From Bacteroidales bacterium (lineage in GTDB: Bacteria; Bacteroidota; Bacteroidia; Bacteroidales; Paludibacteraceae), in the NCBI GenBank assembly GCA_050873385.1, contig JBNMIS010000001.1, positions 20,957-84,956 of the forward strand: DNA of 64,000 nt, given 5' to 3'. Every line of letters starts with the position of its first letter. Positions within the stretch are counted from its first letter, which is position 1. Both the position numbers and the translations under genes were made by a program. Below are positions 28,869-37,187 of this stretch, in pieces. The notes under the pieces are model-generated. The model did not search any database and had not been told where the DNA came from. It saw only the letters and a list, made by a program, of their open reading frames with translations.

Positions 28869-29618
28869 CACCAAAGTATTTACGGACAAGTTATCCACAA
28901 CATACAATACATCATGGCAGGGAAACCGACATACCATAATAAAGGCATGGCAATCGCTCCAAAACCAAAGTATAGACGTAATAGAGAGTAGGGATTGGAG
29001 AGCGGGAGAGTATATAGATACTATCCATAGGACATACTACTTCATTACACACAGGAGAGGTGGTTATAGAAATCTTAGTTGTCTGAGAAGTTCCATGACA
29101 TTAAACAGACCTTTCTTTTGTGTGAGCAAAAGAAAAGAAACCAAGGGGACTTCCACAACTTCCTACAGAGGGGAATTATATCCCACTTTACTCATCAGAA
29201 AACTCCATGTCGGGTGAAAAGAAGACGCACCGTCACAATGCCAGAAGCAGCAGCACCGACAACCCGCATAATTGCACTTGTTTTTCTTCGGGAATTCATC
29301 TATAATTATCGGAACAACCATCCGAGTACTATCCTTTTTATGCGGTTCCCCTGTAGCAAGAAAGACGCCTAACAGTTTGCGAGAACAGAAAACAGAACAA
29401 ACGAAAAACACCACCCACTTACCACTTTTGTATTTCCACCCTCAGAAATCTCCGCCACAAAGCAAATTATCATTCAACATACAACACAGACAATCCGACA
29501 CAGACATAATCATAATCCACCGCAGGTTAAGGCTTGTGCCATTTGCAAATATGGAGAACTTTATCGAACTTTGCGGCATCCTTATGCATATCAAACAAGA
29601 CACCCTGAATATCACGCC

Positions 29619-31160
29619 ATGAAGAGATTCTGTTTGCCCATACTATTGACCCTATGTACATCTTTATACGGTCAGTTCACCGAGAGTTTTACTGACGGTG
29701 ATTATACGAACAAGCCACAATGGACAGGGCAATATGAAAACTTTGCCATCAACCCATGGAAGCAATTACAAACCAAAGCCAACGGAGCCGCCATCAGTTA
29801 CCTATCCACCCGATGCAGGGTCAATTCGCAAGCCGAATGGTCGTTCTGGTGCAGAATTGCGTGCGAGCCATCATCGTATAACTACCTGCGTATATACATT
29901 GTGTCCACCACTGAGGACCCAGCCACAGGCGACGGTTTATATGTGCAAGCAGGAGGAGCAGACAAGAACATCACCCTCTATCAACAACACGGCGATGCAA
30001 GAAAATTACTCATCGCCAACGATGAACGCAAACAGATACTATCAAAGGAAGACAATAAAGTACAGGTAAGAATTTCCATCGATGAAAAGGGAAATTTGCA
30101 TCTATATAGCAAGGTCATTGGCATAGATACAGACTATATGCAGGAAGGAACATGTGCCTTAGGAAAAACAGGAAAGAACGAATGGTTCAGCATTCTCGTA
30201 AGAAACACAAAACAGACAGGAGACTGTTATTATGTGGACGACATCGTAGCAAAAGGAGACATCAATGATGCGGCTGAAACGGAATCAGCAAACGAGAATT
30301 TAGTTATCAACGAAATCATGTTTGACCCCGCAGAGGGTGGACAGGAATACATAGAGATATACAACAAAGACAGCCTTTCTGCAGACTTATCACAAATAAG
30401 GTTAGCAACCAAAAACTCTGACGGAGAGTTTCTTTCACCCAACAAATTTCCACTCTTTTCATTTATAGAGGCAAACGATTATGCCGTTTTATGCAAAGAT
30501 GCAGACAGTTTGATACAGTTTCATCAACCTGAACGAATTGACAACATCTGGTCAAGCAATTGGTCAAGGAAACTGTCAAACAACGGAACAACGATCTATC
30601 TAATCAAGACAAAAGAAAACAAGGACAGCATCCTTGTATTAGATTCGGTCTGTTATTCTCCGAAATGGCATCACCCATTGCTGGACGAGACAAAGGGCGT
30701 TTCGCTAGAAAGAATCAACCCTGATCTGCCAAGCAACGAATCCACCTCATGGCATTCTGCAAGCAAGGACAGAGCCTATGCCACCCCAGGAGCACAAAAC
30801 TCACAATATAGAGATATATCCAATACAGAGATTTTCGACAGCAAGCACTATGCATGGCCCGAACAAGAGAGTTTCTCACCCAATGGAGACGGCACAGAAG
30901 ATGTCTGCCTTATTCATTATCTGCTACCATCGGAAGGATATACCATCACCTTGCGTATCTTTACCCCCCGAGGCATATTAGTGGCATATCCTTACAAGAA
31001 CAGCGTTGTATCCACAGAGGGAGTGCTGATTTGGGACGGGACACTCACAAACAACCATGCAGGAGAGGTTGGTGTATACGTAGTTCAATGCGAATTCATC
31101 AATCCAAGCACGGGGAAAACAATCAGAGAGCGTTTTCCTGTGGTGATTTCGGATCGATAA
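29619..31160 (+). CDS. Lamin-tail-domain (LTD) secreted protein with a gliding/T9SS type-B-like C-terminal domain
   Basis: ATG at 29619 gives the signal peptide MKRFCLPILLTLCTSLYGQ. LTD-like core LVINEIMFDPAEGGQEYIEIYN. The C-terminal FSPNGDGTEDVCLIHYLL... resembles the (F/Y)(T/S)PNGDG start of type-B sorting / CHU_C domains. Confidence 0.6.
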   Translation: MKRFCLPILLTLCTSLYGQFTESFTDGDYTNKPQWTGQYENFAINPWKQLQTKANGAAISYLSTRCRVNSQAEWSFWCRIACEPSSYNYLRIYIVSTTEDPATGDGLYVQAGGADKNITLYQQHGDARKLLIANDERKQILSKEDNKVQVRISIDEKGNLHLYSKVIGIDTDYMQEGTCALGKTGKNEWFSILVRNTKQTGDCYYVDDIVAKGDINDAAETESANENLVINEIMFDPAEGGQEYIEIYNKDSLSADLSQIRLATKNSDGEFLSPNKFPLFSFIEANDYAVLCKDADSLIQFHQPERIDNIWSSNWSRKLSNNGTTIYLIKTKENKDSILVLDSVCYSPKWHHPLLDETKGVSLERINPDLPSNESTSWHSASKDRAYATPGAQNSQYRDISNTEIFDSKHYAWPEQESFSPNGDGTEDVCLIHYLLPSEGYTITLRIFTPRGILVAYPYKNSVVSTEGVLIWDGTLTNNHAGEVGVYVVQCEFINPSTGKTIRERFPVVISDR

Positions 31161-31908
31161 TATATCGTACTTCTTTGAAATGACAGGTTCTTTGTTTACC
31201 TTGTTGATCCTGAAGCACCAAACAGCCAGTTTCTGTAATATCCACAATTTTTGCCAAGAAACTACCATCAATATCGTGGCAGGCAATCTTCATGGGAGCA
31301 GAAGAGCATGGCACTTCCACATAAGGGAAATAGCCACTGCGGCGGAAAAGATGCTCCATATAACATTGTTTCAACGTTTCAGGCTGATACAGAAGAGGAC
31401 GTAATTTCTTGAATTCATCGAGGATTTCTTGCAATAGTTTTTCCCGAGGCATGTCTTTGCCGAGGATACACTTCAGAGAGGTAGGGTTAGGCGCATTACT
31501 AAGGAATTTCACTTGATTGACATTCAGTCCGACCCCGACAATACTCTTTTCAATATGGCCTCCTTGAAGAAAATTCTCAATGAGAATGCCACCCAATTTC
31601 TTATTTCTCCAATAGATGTCATTGGGCCATTTGACAGTAATCTCCGACACATACTGCGTCAATACATTCACTATAGCCAAAGGAACCAATTCTGAAAGAA
31701 GAAATTGCCGTTGAACAGGGATATCATGCAAACGAAACAAGGTTGAAAAGAGGAGATTCTCACCATCTGCACTCTCCCACGAATTACCTTGCTGTCCACG
31801 CCCCGATGTCTGAAAATCGGTATATATAGTAAACCCCTCCGGCAACTCCTGTCCATCAGACAAGTCGCGCAACAAAGAATTGGTGCTATTGGTTTGCTTG
31901 ATAAACAT
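31123..31908 (-). CDS. birA: Biotin--[acetyl-CoA-carboxylase] ligase (no N-terminal HTH)
   Basis: GRGQQGNSWES biotin-binding motif and KWPNDIY. 261 aa. The 3' end overlaps the convergent LTD gene by 38 nt. Confidence 0.85.
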   Translation of the reverse strand: MFIKQTNSTNSLLRDLSDGQELPEGFTIYTDFQTSGRGQQGNSWESADGENLLFSTLFRLHDIPVQRQFLLSELVPLAIVNVLTQYVSEITVKWPNDIYWRNKKLGGILIENFLQGGHIEKSIVGVGLNVNQVKFLSNAPNPTSLKCILGKDMPREKLLQEILDEFKKLRPLLYQPETLKQCYMEHLFRRSGYFPYVEVPCSSAPMKIACHDIDGSFLAKIVDITETGCLVLQDQQGKQRTCHFKEVRYIIDPKSPQENAL

Positions 31909-33316
31909 CTATAAGAAACGATTCTATGATATGTTGCACAACTTTCGGTTTACAATTCGCATTATTCACGATGACAGCAAATGCCAATGTTTGATTATTA
32001 GGCAGGTAGATATATCCTGCATAGCTTTTTATGCGAGAGGTAGTTCCGCTTTTAGCCTGCACTTTCCCTTCCAAAGGAGTGCCTGAAAGAAAAGATTTCA
32101 GTGTACCGGATTGCCCTGCAACAGGGAGAGACTCAAGAAACGACTGACGGTGGTTTCCCCGCCACATATAGGAGAGTATCTGCACCAATATCTCAGCAGA
32201 AAGCGCATCCTGCGGAGCCAACCCGCAACCATCCATAATGAACGATGAATTCAAGAATATTCCCCTATTCCTCCAGCAATTACGTTCCACTTCGACCGAA
32301 TTGGCAATGGTACAAGGCGTTGACAACACACTGCCAAGATACCGAAAGACCTGCTCCGCATACAAATTGTTGGAATGTTGATTCACCTCCTTAATTATCC
32401 CAGAAAGAGGTTCGGACAAATGTGTATACAGAACAGTGCGAGATTCGAGAGAAGATTCCGTTTGATAATCCGCCTGTCCACGTACGACTATGCCTATCTC
32501 ACGCAGACGCATACACAAGTGTTGCGCCAGCAAAAGAGGAGGATTGGGAATATCCCCACGGACACCAAATATGCCACGATTGCTCGGAACACTCCCTACC
32601 AAATAGCGGACGTTGCTATATGGTACTCCATGAATATAGGCACCATCGTAAGTGATAGAAGTGCAGCGGATGTGATTCTCAAAAGAAAGTCCTTCAATGT
32701 AAGGGATAGTCTTCACCACTTCTGCCACACTCCCTACAGCAGCACTACGCAATTGGACATTCAAAGTATTGTCCATGTAAGGAAGAGCATATATGCCCGG
32801 TGCATAATAGTTGCCAATATCTTCCCATATCCACTGCGGATTGATTGCGTCGCCATCAAAGAAGGATACATCAGAAACAACATCACCTTGGATTTCCCTT
32901 ATTCCGGCAGTTTTGAGCGCTTTAGCCCATTTGTACAAGAAAGAACGGTCGCCCAGTTTCGCACTACCCAGAGTAGGATCGCCCGTTCCCCTTATGTACA
33001 GATTACCTTTAAGTACACCATTTTCCAATATACCGTCGGTTTCCAAAAATGTAGAGAAACGGAAATTCTCACCAAGCAACTCCAATGCGGTTGCCGACGT
33101 GACAACTTTCATAACCGAAGCGGGCGGCACGACGGCCTGTGGACGACAGGATATTAGCGTTTTGCCAGTGGAAAGATTTTGCACACAGAGACTCACATTG
33201 GCATTCTTGGTACATTCGTTTGACAGAATCTTCTGCAGAGGCTCTGTCTGCGCCGTCAAAACAAGACTAACCAACAAACCAATACCTAACAGTACATTCC
33301 GCTTCATTGCTCTCAT
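31886..33316 (-). CDS. dacB: D-alanyl-D-alanine carboxypeptidase/endopeptidase (PBP4 family)
   Basis: Signal peptide, SxxK motif PASVMKV, KSGT box (VQAKSGTT), and a PBP4-like length of 476 aa. A second ATG lies at 33307. Confidence 0.8.
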   Translation of the reverse strand: MRAMKRNVLLGIGLLVSLVLTAQTEPLQKILSNECTKNANVSLCVQNLSTGKTLISCRPQAVVPPASVMKVVTSATALELLGENFRFSTFLETDGILENGVLKGNLYIRGTGDPTLGSAKLGDRSFLYKWAKALKTAGIREIQGDVVSDVSFFDGDAINPQWIWEDIGNYYAPGIYALPYMDNTLNVQLRSAAVGSVAEVVKTIPYIEGLSFENHIRCTSITYDGAYIHGVPYSNVRYLVGSVPSNRGIFGVRGDIPNPPLLLAQHLCMRLREIGIVVRGQADYQTESSLESRTVLYTHLSEPLSGIIKEVNQHSNNLYAEQVFRYLGSVLSTPCTIANSVEVERNCWRNRGIFLNSSFIMDGCGLAPQDALSAEILVQILSYMWRGNHRQSFLESLPVAGQSGTLKSFLSGTPLEGKVQAKSGTTSRIKSYAGYIYLPNNQTLAFAVIVNNANCKPKVVQHIIESFLIDVYQANQ

Positions 33317-33358
33317 TCGTATTCTTCGTTCGGGGGTGCGAAATTACGAAAAACTTAT

Positions 33359-33366
33359 TATCTTTG
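33359..33366 (+). promoter_or_regulatory. -7 promoter box TATCTTTG for the cytidylate-kinase-like gene
   Basis: Exact TAnnTTTG match, 27 nt upstream of the ATG at 33393. Confidence 0.55.
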
Positions 33367-33392
33367 CAAATGTAACTCTACACAAAAACCAT

Positions 33393-33962
33393 ATGATCAT
33401 CAACATAGGCAGAGAACTTGCTGCGGGCGGACGGGCCGTGGGTCAGGCGCTTTCCAAAGTTCTTTCCTTGTCATATTATGACAAGGAACTTCTCTTCGAG
33501 GCTGCAAAAGCAAGTAATTTCGATGCCGGCCTGTTTGCCCAAGCCGACGAAGTCTGCAACCCCTATATATACGCTCTCGGGGGCGCGAACCCCGATTTGT
33601 TCCAGATTCAGAGTCAAGTCATTCAAAAATTAGCCGCAGAAGGGGATTGTATTTTTGTAGGCAGATGTGCAGATTATATTCTTCGCGACAGAAAAGACTG
33701 TCTTAACATATTTCTCTCCTGCGACAAAGAGGAACGGGTCAAGCGTCTGGAGGAGAGATTGTCGATATCAGCCAAGCATGCGGAAGAACTGATAGAAAAG
33801 ACCGACAAGAAAAGGTCGGCATACTATAATTTCTACACCAACAGGAAGTGGGGTGAAGCCGGTAATTACGACTTATGCATCAATACCACTTCCATTGACT
33901 TGGATACAACCGTCCAAATAATCCGTAATCTCTGTGAGACGCTCTATCCTAATCGTTCCTGA
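33393..33962 (+). CDS. Cytidylate kinase-like family protein (P-loop-like small kinase)
   Basis: The ATG at 33393 lies inside the long listed ORF 32811..33962. MIINIGRELAAGGRAVGQALS... is the typical start of this family. About 189 aa. Confidence 0.7.
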   Translation: MIINIGRELAAGGRAVGQALSKVLSLSYYDKELLFEAAKASNFDAGLFAQADEVCNPYIYALGGANPDLFQIQSQVIQKLAAEGDCIFVGRCADYILRDRKDCLNIFLSCDKEERVKRLEERLSISAKHAEELIEKTDKKRSAYYNFYTNRKWGEAGNYDLCINTTSIDLDTTVQIIRNLCETLYPNRS

Positions 33963-34995
33963 CTCCCTGAAAGGAAGTTGTTCCGCCAAGCGAGCCGCCA
34001 GCGCCATAGCAGAGGGGCTCGTACAGGCTGACCCTGAACTCATCGTCAGGGAAATGCCTTTAGCAGACGGAGGCGAGGGTACGATGGAAGCCATCCGTTC
34101 TGCATGCGGCGGTGAATACAAAAAAACAGAAGCCAGCGACCCGCTCCGCAGAAAACGCGCAGCACGCTATCTGCAACTACCCGACAAGAGGACTGCCGCC
34201 ATAGAAGCAGCCGAGACGTGCGGTCTGACTTTATTGTCACCGGAAGAGAGGGACCCCATACAAACAACGACAGCCGGTTTGGGCGAGCAATTGATGGCAG
34301 CCTACAATGAAGGCAACAGACACTTCATTGTAGGACTGGGCGGCAGTGCCACGTGTGATGCGGGTGCGGGAATGATAGAAGCAATAGGGGAAGAGGGGCT
34401 CAGACAACTCAGGAACTGCACATACACAATACTATGCGATGTAAGCACCCCCCTGTATGGCAAAGCCGGTGCCGCTTACGTCTTTGCGCCTCAGAAAGGA
34501 GCCAATGCCGAGGAAGTGAAGATATTGGATGACTATCTCCGCCAGTTCGCCCGATTACACGGAGAAGAACACGCTTTTACTTCCGGAGCAGGAGCCGCAG
34601 GAGGTTTAGGGTATGCCTTTCTGACATTCTTTGATGCCCATCTATGTTCCGGCATTGACTATCTGCTACATCTCTCGGATTTTGAACGACTGGCAAAAGA
34701 AGCGAATCTTATCATCACGGCAGAAGGCCGTTCGGACAAGCAAACTCTATCCGGAAAAGTTCCTTCCGGCGTGCTCCGACATGCCCGACATTACGGCTTG
34801 CCCGTAATCCTCATGGCAGGAGAGGTGAGAGACAAAGAAGCATTATCCGCCGCAGGCTTTGCCGATGTGCTTTGCATCAACCCCGCAAACACAGACAAAC
34901 AAACCGCCATGCAAGAGACCTATGCCTATCAACGACTCAGAGAGTGTGCAAAGAACCTCAACATCGAGCACTATATCACAGGAAAAGTGACATGA
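33934..34995 (+). CDS. Glycerate kinase
   Basis: GTG start. N-terminus ILIVPDSLKGSCSA, GLGGSATCDAGAGM, and TAEGRSDKQTLSGKVP, all typical of the glycerate kinase family. Confidence 0.85.
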   Translation: MRRSILIVPDSLKGSCSAKRAASAIAEGLVQADPELIVREMPLADGGEGTMEAIRSACGGEYKKTEASDPLRRKRAARYLQLPDKRTAAIEAAETCGLTLLSPEERDPIQTTTAGLGEQLMAAYNEGNRHFIVGLGGSATCDAGAGMIEAIGEEGLRQLRNCTYTILCDVSTPLYGKAGAAYVFAPQKGANAEEVKILDDYLRQFARLHGEEHAFTSGAGAAGGLGYAFLTFFDAHLCSGIDYLLHLSDFERLAKEANLIITAEGRSDKQTLSGKVPSGVLRHARHYGLPVILMAGEVRDKEALSAAGFADVLCINPANTDKQTAMQETYAYQRLRECAKNLNIEHYITGKVT

Positions 34996-36016
34996 TGCCA
35001 TAAACCCCGGCACCAATCAAGGCGCTGACAGGAATAGTGATAATCCATGCCGTAAGCAATTCCAAGGTTACTCCCCAACGGACAGCCGAAAGACGCTTGA
35101 CAGCCCCTACACCCATGATACCGCCACTTATTACATGAGTGGTGGAAACGGGGACTTTAAGGATTTCCGTAATTAACAGCGTGACAGCCCCTGAAGTCTG
35201 CGAGCAAAAGCCTTCTACCGGTGTGAGTTTGGTTATCTTGTTGCCCATTGTCTTTATAATCTTCATTCCGCCGGACATCGTCCCTACAGCCATGGCAAAG
35301 AAACATGCAAACGGCACCCACTCGGGAACAGGAAGGCTCTTCATAGGAGTAAGCCAATGCGGCAGTTCGTCAAGACCTATTCCATACGTATTGGAGTATG
35401 CCATCAAGGCACATGCCACCACGCCCATCGCTTTCTGCGAGTCGTTCAACCCGTGCCCAATACTGAGGCCTGCAGAGGAAACAAGTTGCAGGCGTTTGAA
35501 CCACTTATCCGCCTTATGCGGTTTGACCCCTTTCGCCAACCAATAAGTGAGAATGGCTATCAAGTTTCCCGCCACAAAACCAATCATAGGCGCCAGAAAG
35601 ATGAAAAGCGCAATAAAACCGACCGTTCCCCAATGCACGGCGTTCCAACCTTGTGCTGCAACAGCGGCTCCCATGAGCCCGCCGATAAGCGTATGCGATG
35701 AAGAAGAAGGAATCCCTTTCCACCAAGTAAGCAAGTTCCATATTATAGCCGCAACCATCCCCGCGACGAGGAGATGAAGCGTCACAGACTCTTCAACCAC
35801 GGTATTCTGCACCGTCCGGGCTACCCCGAACTCCCCAATGACATACTTTGCAATGAAGAAAGCCACAAAATTAAAAAAAGCAGCCCACACCACGGCAACA
35901 AACGGACGCAGCACTTTCGTGGAGACCACAGTGGCTATAGAATTGGCACTATCGTGGAAACCGTTTATAAAATCGAAGCAGACAGCAAGAACGATGATAG
36001 CAATAAGAAGTCCCAT
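34976..36016 (-). CDS. Inorganic phosphate transporter, PiT family
   Basis: GFHDSANSIAT and GLNDSQKAMG duplicated PiT signature motifs in a polytopic protein. Sits downstream of a DUF47 partner gene. Confidence 0.9.
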   Translation of the reverse strand: MGLLIAIIVLAVCFDFINGFHDSANSIATVVSTKVLRPFVAVVWAAFFNFVAFFIAKYVIGEFGVARTVQNTVVEESVTLHLLVAGMVAAIIWNLLTWWKGIPSSSSHTLIGGLMGAAVAAQGWNAVHWGTVGFIALFIFLAPMIGFVAGNLIAILTYWLAKGVKPHKADKWFKRLQLVSSAGLSIGHGLNDSQKAMGVVACALMAYSNTYGIGLDELPHWLTPMKSLPVPEWVPFACFFAMAVGTMSGGMKIIKTMGNKITKLTPVEGFCSQTSGAVTLLITEILKVPVSTTHVISGGIMGVGAVKRLSAVRWGVTLELLTAWIITIPVSALIGAGVYGIMSLFL

Positions 36017-36028
36017 AACACAATCAGA

Positions 36029-36068
36029 GAAAACAAATCCCTGCTTAACACCACGTCAAGCAGGGATT
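36029..36068 (-). terminator. Intercistronic stem-loop / attenuator between the DUF47 gene and the PiT gene
   Basis: Perfect 11-bp stem aatccctgctt (36036-36046) / aagcagggatt (36058-36068). On the minus strand it is followed by tgttttctct. Confidence 0.5.
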
Positions 36069-36073
36069 GCTGT

Positions 36074-36724
36074 TTATGCGTACTTTACAATTATAGTCTT
36101 TAACGTTTTACCCACACTATTAGCACGGTCGGTAGCCTCCTCCATGCATGACATTATTTCCTTTATCTTGATAAGTTCGCGCGCATCTTCTTCGTTTTCG
36201 AACAGGTCTTTCACGAAATTATCGTACACATCGTCTCCTTCGTGTTCAAGTGTATGCAGTTTGCTGCACTGCTCGAGTGCCACCTGCGGCTTTTTGTTGA
36301 TAGTTCTGAGTTCTTTGAAAGCGACATTGATCGCCTTTGCCCCTTCCAGAATAATCTCAGCCATGTGCATTGCCTTATTCGGCATGCTCTTGGGCTGATA
36401 GAGCATCGTGCGTTTTGCCGACGAATTAATCAAATCCATCACATCGTCCACCATGTCGCACAATTTGTGCATATCCTCCCTGTCAAACGGCGTAACGAAC
36501 GTATCGTTGAGTTCCACAAAGATGTTCTGCGTGATATCATCGCAAGCCGTTTCCAGCGCCTTAATCTTTGCATACAGGTCGTTTTGCCGCGCCAAATCCG
36601 TTTCAGAAATCATTTGAGCAAACAAGTCCGCCGCCTCAACGATGTTTTGCGATACCTGGCGGAATTGCGGAAAGAACTTATCCTCTTCAGGAAGAAAGAT
36701 GGAAAAGATGGAGTTTATTGACAT
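36074..36724 (-). CDS. DUF47-family phosphate transport regulator (PhoU-like, PiT-associated)
   Basis: All-helical 216-aa protein (..FFPQFRQ..,..TPFDREDMH..) immediately upstream of a PiT transporter, which is the conserved pairing for this family. Confidence 0.8.
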   Translation of the reverse strand: MSINSIFSIFLPEEDKFFPQFRQVSQNIVEAADLFAQMISETDLARQNDLYAKIKALETACDDITQNIFVELNDTFVTPFDREDMHKLCDMVDDVMDLINSSAKRTMLYQPKSMPNKAMHMAEIILEGAKAINVAFKELRTINKKPQVALEQCSKLHTLEHEGDDVYDNFVKDLFENEEDARELIKIKEIMSCMEEATDRANSVGKTLKTIIVKYA

Positions 36725-36791
36725 ACAGGGTCGTAATTCGTTTCTTACTATCCGGCTTCAATCAACAAGACAGAGCCAAAAATTCATGTTA

Positions 36792-36799
36792 CAAAATTA
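36792..36799 (-). promoter_or_regulatory. -7 promoter box (TAATTTTG on the minus strand) for the DUF47-PiT operon
   Basis: caaaatta on the plus strand, 68 nt upstream of the ATG at 36724. Confidence 0.5.
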
Positions 36800-36906
36800 C
36801 TATATTTTCCATAGTTACACAAGAAACCACCCTGGAAATCGGCAAAGAGAAGCCATAGTTTGGCAAATGTTCCCCCTCCATAAGACCGCCGCGAACAGTC
36901 CGGAAG

Positions 36907-36981
36907 GCTTGACGAGGTATGATTTGGCCCCTCTGTCTCCCGTTGAGGGGTCGACGAGACCTGCTTGAGGAGTCGAAGAAC
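36907..36981 (+). repeat. Copy E of the interspersed 11-nt-unit intergenic element
   Basis: tcccgttgagg (36938) | ggtcgacgaga (36949) | cctgcttgagg (36960) | agtcgaagaac (36971). Preceded by a related ggcttgacgagg (36907-36918). Confidence 0.8.
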
Positions 36982-37038
36982 ACGTGACAGAAAGGCAGGC
37001 AATCCAAAGCAAGGCACCCTCATGGAAAACAAGGAGGT

Positions 37039-37075
37039 ATCCCGCTGACGGCTATCCGCAACGGGGCACCGCCAG
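37039..37075 (-). repeat. Possible degenerate inverted copy (E2) of the element
   Basis: The minus strand reads ggtgc|cccgttgcgg|atagccgtcag. The plus-strand text atcccgctgacggctatccgcaacgg resembles the left arm of copy A (atccactgacgggacttacgccaagg). Confidence 0.3.
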
Positions 37076-37112
37076 CAAACAGAACAAGGATCCGTACACA
37101 CGGAAACAGAGC

Positions 37113-37149
37113 AAAAAAATCCCCTTTGCAAGACAAGTCTTACAAAGGG
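37113..37149 (-). terminator. Rho-independent terminator of uxaA
   Basis: ccctttg (37122-37128) pairs with caaaggg (37143-37149), extended by inner aaga/tctt pairs. On the minus strand it is followed by attttttt. Confidence 0.8.
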
Positions 37150-37187
37150 AGACACAAACAACAAATAACATCAATTATGACATGAAA

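Noticed and set aside
28990-29560. Possibility that the large gap hides a housekeeping ncRNA (RNase P RNA, tmRNA, 6S or SRP RNA).
   Set aside because: I could not find the conserved strings I would expect: GAGGAAAGTCC for RNase P P4, a tRNA-like acceptor/T-arm end with ..TCCACCA for tmRNA, or an SRP GGAA/AGCA domain IV motif. A covariance-model scan would still be needed to exclude them.
29079-29622. Three overlapping short ORFs in the 875-bp gap (29079..29372 +, 29163..29414 -, 29272..29622 +).
   Set aside because: They are mutually exclusive, compositionally odd (Cys, Arg or Lys runs), and lack any signal, motif or promoter support. The region is treated as non-coding or a decayed remnant.
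33326-33350. Fragment cgttcgggggtgcgaaattacg upstream of the cytidylate-kinase-like gene, which resembles cttcgggggtcg of copy G and ttcaggggtgc of copy D.
   Set aside because: Only about 11 nt are similar and no adjacent units are present, so it is too short to call as a copy.
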